Part shown: in pieces, positions 1 to 7,942 of the stretch
Position numbering within the stretch: the first letter of the stretch is position 1
Layout: each line of letters begins with the position of its first letter
From: a virus
Taxonomy: Duplodnaviria > Caudoviricetes
Reading direction: 5' to 3' (one strand)
Virus record (IMG/VR): IMGVR_UViG_3300032038_000059
Span: 9,297 to 73,296 of that record
Length of the DNA: 64,000 nt
Notes under the pieces: generated by a model
The model's database searches: none
What the model was told of the DNA's origin: nothing
Seen by the model: the letters and a program-made list of their open reading frames with translations, nothing else
Position numbers and translations under genes: made by a program

Positions 1-1461
1 ATCAGTCTGCCGTTCGTAATCATTCGACCCCTTTGAAGCATCCATAATCATCGCTGTCATGAGGTTATCGAGAAGAATAACCCGTACATCATATTGCTGA
101 ATGACTTCTTCAATCACCTTCAATAGGTCTTTTGTCTCATTGCCAGTTTCCAGTACGGAATTGTCATAGAGATAGATGTAACCTTTATACCAGTCCGATA
201 TAAGCTGCTTATTCGTCTTGGAGATTGAATACCCCTGATATCCAGTATTCGGATTCTCATACTCGAAGACGCATTTCCTTCCTGCAACCTGAAATGTCAT
301 CCATGCTTTGAAGAGGTAATTCGGCAACTCTCCGCTGTATGCGAAGCATTTATATCCCTGATGTCTAGCCTGAATAAGTAGCTGACTTGCAAGTGTACTT
401 TTACCAGACCCGGCTTTCGCAGTAATCAGATGCACACCACCGAAGGGAAGCCCCCCGTAGAGCAGATGATCCAGACCTTTAATCCCAGTCTTCAGTTTTT
501 CCAAAGCGAAAATATCGACATCTTCGACATCGCAGAGATCAATTGTCTGCCGTACTGGAAGCGGAATTGCATTCTCGATGCAAAGTCTAATCTGCTCTTT
601 TCCGTACTTCTGAAGGATTTCATTTGCATCCTTGCAGTCTTTGTAGTCTTCCGTTCTAACGTGTTTTACTTTGTTCTGAAAGCGTCTGGAGATCTCATCA
701 AGTAAAGTGAGATGTCCATTTTCATTATCTCCGAAAACGATAATAGTATCAAAGTTCTGTATCCAATTCCAACAATACGGAATCCATGTAAATCCCTTGC
801 TCCCAGTAGGGACTGAAACGGCATTCTCAATTCCTGCTTCCACTACGGACATCGAATCGATCTGACCTTCCGTAAGAACTAAAGTCCCATTGTCCGAATT
901 GCAATGGTTCATCCCGAAGAGAATTGGCTTGCAATTCCTTTCGCACCACTCCTTTGACTTGTCCTTCTCTTTGTTGAAATCAGTCTTGCGATACTTTACA
1001 AACTGAAGTTGATCGAATTCATCGTAAAACGGGAAGACCAGAATATTATCACGATCCGTCTGAGTAGTAATTTCGTATTTCCGGGTAACCTCTTCTGAAA
1101 TTCCACGGGATTTCATATAGTTGACAGCAGGATCTTTTGAAATAATCGCAGCTTTCTTCTTGCCAAAGTTTCTGTACTGTTTTTTCTGCCTGAAGTACTC
1201 ATCCGCAAGCGTCCCAAGCGAATAATCGAAGTCTTTCGAAAGTGTTAACATATTCCCGGAAGCATTGCATGAATTCCTCTTGCAGTTAAACGCACCATTC
1301 TTTATATTGATGGCGAAAGTATATTTATCATTCTGACCTCTACCACCTTTGCAGTACGGGCAGATCTTAAACTGTAACTCATCGCCATGCCTTTTGGTTT
1401 CGATACCCTTGAAGTGTGCAAACTCAAGAGCATCCTGTTCCTTGAATTCGTAAAGTGACAT
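1..1461 (-). CDS. Primase-helicase (T7 gp4/Twinkle-like), 3'-truncated by the window edge; absent from the ORF track
   Basis: Manual translation from ATG at 1461: MSLYEFKEQD...CPYC...C..C zinc finger, TOPRIM motifs LVLTEGQIDSMS and FGDNENG, Walker A AKAGSGKST, VILLDNL; frame stays open to base 1. Confidence 0.9.
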   Translation of the reverse strand, partial: MSLYEFKEQDALEFAHFKGIETKRHGDELQFKICPYCKGGRGQNDKYTFAINIKNGAFNCKRNSCNASGNMLTLSKDFDYSLGTLADEYFRQKKQYRNFGKKKAAIISKDPAVNYMKSRGISEEVTRKYEITTQTDRDNILVFPFYDEFDQLQFVKYRKTDFNKEKDKSKEWCERNCKPILFGMNHCNSDNGTLVLTEGQIDSMSVVEAGIENAVSVPTGSKGFTWIPYCWNWIQNFDTIIVFGDNENGHLTLLDEISRRFQNKVKHVRTEDYKDCKDANEILQKYGKEQIRLCIENAIPLPVRQTIDLCDVEDVDIFALEKLKTGIKGLDHLLYGGLPFGGVHLITAKAGSGKSTLASQLLIQARHQGYKCFAYSGELPNYLFKAWMTFQVAGRKCVFEYENPNTGYQGYSISKTNKQLISDWYKGYIYLYDNSVLETGNETKDLLKVIEEVIQQYDVRVILLDNLMTAMIMDASKGSNDYERQTD

Positions 1462-1704
1462 TTACTTGAAAACCTCCCGACTTTTATTAAATCTGGTGAT
1501 CTTCTCGCACCTTCCGTAAAAATCAGATATGGCAGGTGGTCTGGAATTTTCATGAATATATTCCGTAACAGCCTTATTGAGTACGGTATGCTCAAATTTA
1601 CCAAGATGCTTGTACCATACATCCGCAAGATTCTCGGTTACTGTGAATGAAGGATATGCTCCGTCAATTTCACAGAGTATTGAAATAAATTCTTCTTTCG
1701 TCAT
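1462..1704 (-). CDS. Helicase loader/inhibitor (SPP1 G39P-like)
   Basis: MTKEEFISILCEIDGAYP...VWYKHL...PPAISD pattern; ATGA overlap with rep; lies between rep and helicase. Confidence 0.7.
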   Translation of the reverse strand: MTKEEFISILCEIDGAYPSFTVTENLADVWYKHLGKFEHTVLNKAVTEYIHENSRPPAISDFYGRCEKITRFNKSREVFK

Positions 1705-2471
1705 TTCCTTGCCCAACTTTCCAAATCTAGTTTTGTTCCCGAACTCTGCCTCCTGTTTCTACTATTCCACCCAGAAACAGCCATATGCCAATTTGACATT
1801 TTGTTCTTTCCGACCATCCAATTCTTACTTCCGTAAAAACTAACGAAGCTTTCAGGATCTATATTATCTAAATTCTTTTCTCTACAATATTCCGTAACCT
1901 CTTCAACTGTTGGAGGTATGAATCTCTTTATAGATTTATCTGTAGTATTAGTATTTATATCTATAGCATCTGTATTATCTATAGATTCATTATTAGATAA
2001 AGAATTAGATAAAGATATAGATATAGAAGGGGTGACATCACTTGTGATATCACCCGTGATATCACTTTTTTCTTCCAGTGCCAGTTGTCTCTGTTTTTCA
2101 CGGTATTTCTTTTGAGATTCCCGGTGCTTTTGCTGAAGTTCTTCAAGACGGTCACCATTTTGATACTTCAGCCAATTTGATACCATGTAGATATTGTCAA
2201 CAACCTCTATCATGTTAAGTTGCTGAAATATCTTCATCGCTCTCTGAACAACTCCGATATCCATATCGAACCGCTGTGCCAACATCTCATCAGTGTACGG
2301 AATCTCCCTTGTAAGCATCAGGAATCCGTTTTCATTGCACTTACCTGCCAAACAAAGAAGTTTAACCCATGCCAATTGTATGTTATTGCTATCAGGTAGA
2401 GTTTTAATGGCATCAAACTTCTCATCATCAAAAACGTTGACGGTAAGCTTTATCCATTTAATTTCGGACAT
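1701..2471 (-). CDS. Phage replisome organizer / replication initiator
   Basis: N-terminal IKWIKL..VFDDEK...WVKLLCLAGK (Phage_rep_org_N-like), low-complexity linker, C-terminal FIPPTVEEV...IDPE.F..FY..KNW domain. Confidence 0.9.
   Translation of the reverse strand: MSEIKWIKLTVNVFDDEKFDAIKTLPDSNNIQLAWVKLLCLAGKCNENGFLMLTREIPYTDEMLAQRFDMDIGVVQRAMKIFQQLNMIEVVDNIYMVSNWLKYQNGDRLEELQQKHRESQKKYREKQRQLALEEKSDITGDITSDVTPSISISLSNSLSNNESIDNTDAIDINTNTTDKSIKRFIPPTVEEVTEYCREKNLDNIDPESFVSFYGSKNWMVGKNKMSNWHMAVSGWNSRNRRQSSGTKLDLESWARK
1990..2065. promoter_or_regulatory. Putative replication origin inside rep (iterons plus AT-rich tract)
   Basis: Palindromic GTGAYATCAC at 2032, 2044 and 2056 (12-bp period) next to TTAGATAAAG/ATATAG repeats. 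Confidence 0.6.
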
Positions 2472-2481
2472 TTTTAACTCC

Positions 2482-2751
2482 TTAAAATTTCCCCTGATAA
2501 ATCAAAACGTTTTTCTTATGGGCAACAACCATCTGGTGAACGAATTTCTCTAATTCGTCATTGCTATGCATATAAAAATACTGTGGAGATCTATACATAT
2601 TCTCTGAATCGAAATCATCGATGTTATCGCTCACTGCGACTGTGTATTTGATTTCCTTTTCCATGCTAGTCCTTCCCATCGAGCACCCTATAGACGATAT
2701 ATGTTGTTCTATTTTATTTTGTCGTATTGTAGAGAGTAGTATAATTTGCAT
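2482..2751 (-). CDS. Hypothetical protein
   Basis: ORF co-oriented in operon; start uncertain. Confidence 0.5.
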   Translation of the reverse strand: MQIILLSTIRQNKIEQHISSIGCSMGRTSMEKEIKYTVAVSDNIDDFDSENMYRSPQYFYMHSNDELEKFVHQMVVAHKKNVLIYQGKF

Positions 2752-2816
2752 AACTGTTCTGAACTATGCTTTTTTTGAACGGCATACACCGTCTACAAGA
2801 TGCTCGATGCCTTTTG

Positions 2817-3416
2817 TTAGGTTAATATTTCCAGAATTTTTTTCCCGGCATTCCTAGTGGAGACAAAAACGAAGCTACATCCATACTTTTGTTCCATAGA
2901 GTAACAAGCTTTTTGCAGAACACTTCCTCGTGTGGCTTTTGGATAAGCTTGTTTTCCAGATCTAAAAATCCACAATCTCGGATTAACCCACTTATGAAGA
3001 TCTTTAAGATCCGTAATCGTATAATTTTCTATGGTTCTTCCATTTCTGGAATAGACAATTTCGTAATCATTTTGAACCAAAATGTAAAGTTTGATGCCGT
3101 TATTCTGAGCCAGAATGCATTCATCCCTGAATCGTTGATGTTGTTGCCCACAAATATCTGAAACTAACTCCTGAATCGAGAACTTTGAATCTACACAGAC
3201 ATTGTACGTGCCAAGGAAATCCATCTTCTTCGGTTCAATACCTCTGGCTGTCTTTCGATCCAAAACGTCCTGAACTTTATCGTTCATCAGGACGTAATCA
3301 CCGACAGGTAACGGAACACGGATGATTTCATATCCATGCGATTCCCAGTATCGATGTTTAACACTGTGCTTGTCTTCCTTCTGAGCCTTATCTTCAAGAA
3401 TGACCACCGCTCTCAC
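2817..3416 (-). CDS. ERCC4-domain nuclease (putative resolvase)
   Basis: LED...LPVGDY...VCVDSKFSIQELV.DI...RF.DE pattern. Confidence 0.75.
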   Translation of the reverse strand: MRAVVILEDKAQKEDKHSVKHRYWESHGYEIIRVPLPVGDYVLMNDKVQDVLDRKTARGIEPKKMDFLGTYNVCVDSKFSIQELVSDICGQQHQRFRDECILAQNNGIKLYILVQNDYEIVYSRNGRTIENYTITDLKDLHKWVNPRLWIFRSGKQAYPKATRGSVLQKACYSMEQKYGCSFVFVSTRNAGKKILEILT

Positions 3417-3502
3417 CTCCCTTCGTTTTAAAGCCCAAATTTGAATTTTTACCCCCTACCCTATAGATTGTAGGGTAAGGAGTGTTTCGTTGAAATTTGA
3501 CC

Positions 3503-3835
3503 TCAATCTTGTGATTCCTTGTGGGCGTGAACCGAATTCCTGATTCGCTCTGCCATCAACTCACGCTCCTTGTCCGAAAATTCACGGTCTACGATATTTA
3601 CTTTGATCGCTTTGACCGGGAGTGTGGCGATCAGCACACCATTCTTTTCGGATTTGATTTTCACATCATCCGGGAACTTCTCTGCAAGTCTTTTTACCTT
3701 GGTGATGTATTTCACTTGTGTAAAATTAACAGTGCAATTCTCATCACCATTCGTCCAGTAGATAGCATTTTCCCTGAGATCACCACTATCCGTAAAATTG
3801 ATTTCATCATTACTGACTTTTTCGAATTCCGTCAT
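3503..3835 (-). CDS. Conserved hypothetical phage protein
   Basis: ORF with RBS (AGGAGA); ENAIYW...TVNFTQ motif. Confidence 0.7.
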   Translation of the reverse strand: MTEFEKVSNDEINFTDSGDLRENAIYWTNGDENCTVNFTQVKYITKVKRLAEKFPDDVKIKSEKNGVLIATLPVKAIKVNIVDREFSDKERELMAERIRNSVHAHKESQD

Positions 3836-3849
3836 TTTATCTCCTCACA

Positions 3850-4272
3850 TCAATTGAAAGGTAATGATTCCCCGTCTAAGCTATTCTCGATCTGCATGAA
3901 GTCAGCATCTCCTGTCGAAGGTGCAGATGCAGGTTTAGTAGTCGCATTCCCAGACGCAGCTTTGCTCTCTGCGAATTCAATATCAGATGCAATGATGGTG
4001 ATCCGCTGATTATTTTTACCATCTTTATCAGTCCAACGATCCTGCTGGAGTCTCCCGGATACCTCAACCTTCACTCCTTTATCGAGATACTTCTCAGCGA
4101 ACTTTGCTAATCCGTTAAAGCAACTGACCTCGAAAAAATCTGTATCGTATTTCCCATCTTTGTTTTTGTACCTGCGATTGCAAGCGATGCCAAACTGAGC
4201 GATAGTTGTTTCACCTGAAGTACGCATATCAGGTTTGCGAGTCAATCTTCCCGTGATATTTACTGAATTCAA
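3850..4272 (-). CDS. ssb: Single-stranded DNA-binding protein
   Basis: MNSVNITGRLTRKPD OB-fold start, acidic C-terminal tail ending LPFN. Confidence 0.95.
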   Translation of the reverse strand: MNSVNITGRLTRKPDMRTSGETTIAQFGIACNRRYKNKDGKYDTDFFEVSCFNGLAKFAEKYLDKGVKVEVSGRLQQDRWTDKDGKNNQRITIIASDIEFAESKAASGNATTKPASAPSTGDADFMQIENSLDGESLPFN

Positions 4273-4285
4273 CTTATGTCCTCCC

Positions 4286-5002
4286 TTATAGATCTATACT
4301 CTCACCCCTGTGGGCGATGTTAACATTTACATTGTCACCGCAGACTTCTTTAAGTTCACTCAGGATTTTTTTCTCGTCTGCATACTTGTCAGAAAGATGA
4401 CAAGCGATGACATTTTTACATTTGTCAGAAATCGACTTTTCCAAGAAGTTTTTGACAACTTCCAAACTACTGTGACCGCGCAACCTGTGTTCCCTAGCTT
4501 CGTCATTCAGATCGATGTCTTCTGAGTGATTTACGGCTATCAGGAAATGATTTATTTTCCATGTTTTGACGGTAACTGGAATGTATTCGAAGTCGGTAAC
4601 ATAAAGTAATCTCTCGCCATTATCAAACTCGATGATGTACCCGGAATTCGGAGTATCTTCATGTGGCACTGGAATCGGGATGACTTTATAGTGACCGATG
4701 ATTCGAGTTATCTTGTTTGATGACAGACTCCGCACATATTCTCCAGTTATTATTTTGAGGTTTTTTGCAGTTCTATCTTCTGCATATACCGGGATGCCGT
4801 TTTTATTGAAATGGCGATAATACTGTGCGTGATCGCCATGTTCATGAGTTATCAGGCAAGCGTCTATGGCACTCACCCGAAACCCACAAGCAATTTGTAC
4901 ATCTTTCCATTTCATCCCGGCATCAAGTGCGAGATAATGACCGTCATTTTCGATTACATAGCAGTTACCGTTGCTAGAACTCCCTAGAACATGAATTTTC
5001 AT
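4286..5002 (-). CDS. MBL-fold metallo-hydrolase (YycJ-like); true start at 5002
   Basis: MKIHVLGSSSNGNCY, LITHEHGDHA (HxHxDH), PHED, RGHSS, ACHLS. Confidence 0.9.
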   Translation of the reverse strand: MKIHVLGSSSNGNCYVIENDGHYLALDAGMKWKDVQIACGFRVSAIDACLITHEHGDHAQYYRHFNKNGIPVYAEDRTAKNLKIITGEYVRSLSSNKITRIIGHYKVIPIPVPHEDTPNSGYIIEFDNGERLLYVTDFEYIPVTVKTWKINHFLIAVNHSEDIDLNDEAREHRLRGHSSLEVVKNFLEKSISDKCKNVIACHLSDKYADEKKILSELKEVCGDNVNVNIAHRGESIDL

Positions 5003-5834
5003 TTTTATTTTCCTTCCTTGCAGACCAGTAGAAGCCACCTGCTTTATAACGAAAATTGCTATATGCCGCCCTTGCAATGTTTCCTTTGTTGATTGATGTA
5101 ATTTTATGTGCTTCCAAAAATCCATTAAACTCATTCACTATATTCATGTTGGTATCGTATTGCGTGACCTTTATTGTTTTTGATTTTTCTTTTGCATATG
5201 AATCATTACTAGAAGCATACTTGCTAATCAATTCCCTTTGAAGGCAACCACAGCTTTTTGATCTTCCAGAAGTTAAAGACCAAGACTTTACCTTCTTTTC
5301 ATTTCCACAGTCACACCTACAATTCCACACTGCACATCTTTCATATCCGGCAAAAGATAATACAGTCCATCTTCCAAAACGTCTCCCGGTTAAGTCAGTT
5401 GTGTTATATCCGCTTGCCACTACTGGCTCATCTATTGCTCTGTTTTTCAATAGACGTTTTTGCAATGTTTTTTCATTTATTTCCAATAGTTCCGATAATT
5501 GAGCGAGAGTATATTTCTTTCCCTTATATTCAATTATTCTGTTGTTCCTCTTGTTTGACTGTTGTTGCTTGTTTGTAATCCACCTGCAATTAGATGGGCA
5601 GTAGCAGTTATTTACATCTATTCTGTCTAAAGTTAAGTTATCATTGTAACCGTTGTCTAAAGCCCAGTCTCTAAAAGTTATGTAAGAGTTCTTCCACTCA
5701 TCACATACAACTATGCCCCTACCACCGTAATTACCATATTTTCTTCCTTTCTCGTAATAGCACCTAGCTTTCATATTTAGCCAAGATTGGTATAATCTTG
5801 TATTGCTTTCTCCGTGCCATTCTCTTTTCTTCAT
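4974..5834 (-). CDS. Free-standing HNH homing-endonuclease-like protein with CDCG and NUMOD1-like domains
   Basis: RLYQSWLNMKARC...YGGRGIVVCDEW...TLDRIDVN..YCPSNCRW; DLTGRRFGRWTV...WNCRCDCG...SKSCGC; C-terminal VTQYD...KAGGFYW. Confidence 0.8.
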   Translation of the reverse strand: MKKREWHGESNTRLYQSWLNMKARCYYEKGRKYGNYGGRGIVVCDEWKNSYITFRDWALDNGYNDNLTLDRIDVNNCYCPSNCRWITNKQQQSNKRNNRIIEYKGKKYTLAQLSELLEINEKTLQKRLLKNRAIDEPVVASGYNTTDLTGRRFGRWTVLSFAGYERCAVWNCRCDCGNEKKVKSWSLTSGRSKSCGCLQRELISKYASSNDSYAKEKSKTIKVTQYDTNMNIVNEFNGFLEAHKITSINKGNIARAAYSNFRYKAGGFYWSARKENKNENSCSREF

Positions 5835-5854
5835 TTAAATAAACTCCATAACCA

Positions 5855-6775
5855 TCACGATATTTCCTCTGCATCTGCTTCGATGACAAGTTCTTCGGCA
5901 TTCGCCTTTTCTGCAATTTCAGTTTCTGCTGTTTCCGCAGGATCTTCAGGAAGATTATCTACGTACTTAACTTCCCCGGATTCATTCAGAACACCCATGT
6001 CAGATGTAAATGCACGTTGCAGATCAATGCTCATAACGCCCCATTTGGAAATTAACTGGCGAAGCATTGTTTTCTCAGCCATTCCGTCAAAATCTTTGTA
6101 CCAGAAGGATGAATAAAGCCATTCGTCTTTCGCAGGATATTTCCCGTCCAGATAATCCTGATACGAAACTTTCGGATATTTACCTCCCTTCGCATTAAGA
6201 CTGAATGCACTGCTGTATCGATCAGCATGAGCAAGCATCTTTTCTTTGCTCCAGTAGATTTCTTTCTTGAATCCGTTGATAAGTTCGAAAGCTGCGTAAT
6301 ACCCAACAACCGGGAGAGATTCCCTTAATTCCATATCCAAAATTGGTTCAAAAACATATTCTTCCGTAATTGGGTTGAATGACTTCAACTCTCCTTTTTT
6401 GACAGCAGATGCTACGATCTTTCTGTACTGACCGCTACGAATCGCAAGCTGCCGATAACCTTTACTCCCAAGCTGAAACTGGGCTTCAGTTACACCATTT
6501 TTATTTTTGTACGGAACGAGAAAAAATTGTCCCAATTGCGGTGAAGGAGATAACTTCAATGACTCTCCAAGCAACGCTGCGGAGAAAATGGAACTGTTTG
6601 TACACTCTGCAAGCGACTTATTTGCCTGTACAGCAGACACAATTGATGCAATAAAAGATTGCGTATTTTTCTCTCCAACCACACCTGCGATATTCTGTCT
6701 GACCGCAGGATTTGCACAAAACGTAGCAAACCCCACTTTCTGGGGTTGTGTATTAGTTACTGATGTCGATGCCAT
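5855..6775 (-). CDS. recT: RecT-family single-strand annealing recombinase
   Basis: LGESLKLSPSPQLGQFFLVPY, AQFQLGSKGYRQLAIRSGQY, MAEKTMLRQL. Confidence 0.95.
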   Translation of the reverse strand: MASTSVTNTQPQKVGFATFCANPAVRQNIAGVVGEKNTQSFIASIVSAVQANKSLAECTNSSIFSAALLGESLKLSPSPQLGQFFLVPYKNKNGVTEAQFQLGSKGYRQLAIRSGQYRKIVASAVKKGELKSFNPITEEYVFEPILDMELRESLPVVGYYAAFELINGFKKEIYWSKEKMLAHADRYSSAFSLNAKGGKYPKVSYQDYLDGKYPAKDEWLYSSFWYKDFDGMAEKTMLRQLISKWGVMSIDLQRAFTSDMGVLNESGEVKYVDNLPEDPAETAETEIAEKANAEELVIEADAEEIS

Positions 6776-6798
6776 ATAATCTCCTTTCTTAAATGTGT

Positions 6799-7233
6799 AT
6801 CATGCACCTAGAAGATGATTTGAATTATGCTGTTCTGTAGTGTTCTTTTGTGATAAAGGCTATGCTAGACAGTTCATTCAAACCATCATTTAGATGCACG
6901 ATGTTATTGTCCTGTCATTTCTTGCGGTTTCATGTTATGATAGTTATTATGTTTTCCTATTATGTAATGGATGCTTCATGCACCCGGAAAACAACTCGTA
7001 TTGTAATATGCTATTTTGTCGTGATTTGACCTGTGGTAAATTAAAGTGTCAGATCGTGTCGTAAACAACACAAGTTGTCATCTAGATGCATGAAAGCCCG
7101 TGTGCTTAAGAATGACTATAAAAGCCATGTCTTGCGATATATTGTTCTGTCCTGTCGTGTTCCGCGCTGTTGTGTCGTTTAGTATGCTATTGTTTGTTCT
7201 TATGACTCTTACAGCCACACCTCAACACACGGG
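6799..7233 (-). ncRNA. Pentamer-repeat guide-like array, downstream part (4 tracts: 6816-6875, 6903-6972, 6997-7071, 7128-7192)
   Basis: 5-nt periodicity T(G/A)TNN on + strand (NN-AYA on the gene strand), 12-15 units per tract, flanked by inverted repeats such as CCCGTGTG/CACACGGG. Confidence 0.85.
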
Positions 7234-7244
7234 CGAAATATTAT

Positions 7245-7877
7245 TTATGCTTCAACATTTGATACATGGAATCTTCCGTAACCAGATGTTCTTCCAGAAC
7301 CAATTCCACTACCGAAACCTGCGAGGTTAATCACATTTACAATCTGCTCAATTCCGTAAACATTCTCCGTATACTTAATAGTGAACGTTGCGCTCCACCC
7401 GGAAAAACGATTAAGGTGAACCAGAACAGGTGCTCCACGCTTCGGAGACATCAGCTTCTCGTCAATAAAGTGATCCGTAAACTTAATCGGGATAAGCCCA
7501 CCAGTTGCAACGATATTCAGTGCAGAATCCATTTTTGTGGAGTAAGTATCAATTCCGTTTCTGACAACTGCTGCGAGAATAGCTTTCTTCAGCCCGAATG
7601 CGGTGATGCATGGAGCATTATTCTGTAAAGCATTGATAAGTGCTTCTTCCGTAAATTCTTTCGGATAGCCATCTCTCCAGTGCATAGCCGTAATAATGCA
7701 TTCCCATTCATTCGGCTTCTCTGTTGACTTCGCCTTGTCTTTGCGCTGATCTGTAAGAGCACGAATTGTCGGTTCGTTCATTTTATTCAGAACCAGATCG
7801 CCATCGCCCTCAATTGTAATTATTGCAGTATTAACCTTAATCTCCTTTAATTCGATTGCCTGTTCCTTCTTTGCCAT
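7245..7877 (-). CDS. Small Cas7/RAMP-like protein (VIPR-like effector candidate)
   Basis: N-terminal ITIEGDGDLVLN strand, F.GWSATFTIKY strand, C-terminal glycine-rich loop AGFGSGIGSGRTSGYGRFHV typical of RAMP folds; sits between pentamer arrays. Confidence 0.8.
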   Translation of the reverse strand: MAKKEQAIELKEIKVNTAIITIEGDGDLVLNKMNEPTIRALTDQRKDKAKSTEKPNEWECIITAMHWRDGYPKEFTEEALINALQNNAPCITAFGLKKAILAAVVRNGIDTYSTKMDSALNIVATGGLIPIKFTDHFIDEKLMSPKRGAPVLVHLNRFSGWSATFTIKYTENVYGIEQIVNVINLAGFGSGIGSGRTSGYGRFHVSNVEA

Positions 7878-7942
7878 AATTTTTCTCCTTTTGTTTTTAA
7901 TTAATTAATTGATATTGTGTTGTGTTGTTCGCGAATAAACAC

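Noticed and set aside
1302-1628. 108-aa minus-strand ORF
   Set aside because: Out-of-frame overlap with the G39P-like and primase-helicase genes
5003-5134. Long N-terminal extension of the MBL ORF
   Set aside because: Overlaps the HNH gene; the family start MKIHVLGS is at 5002
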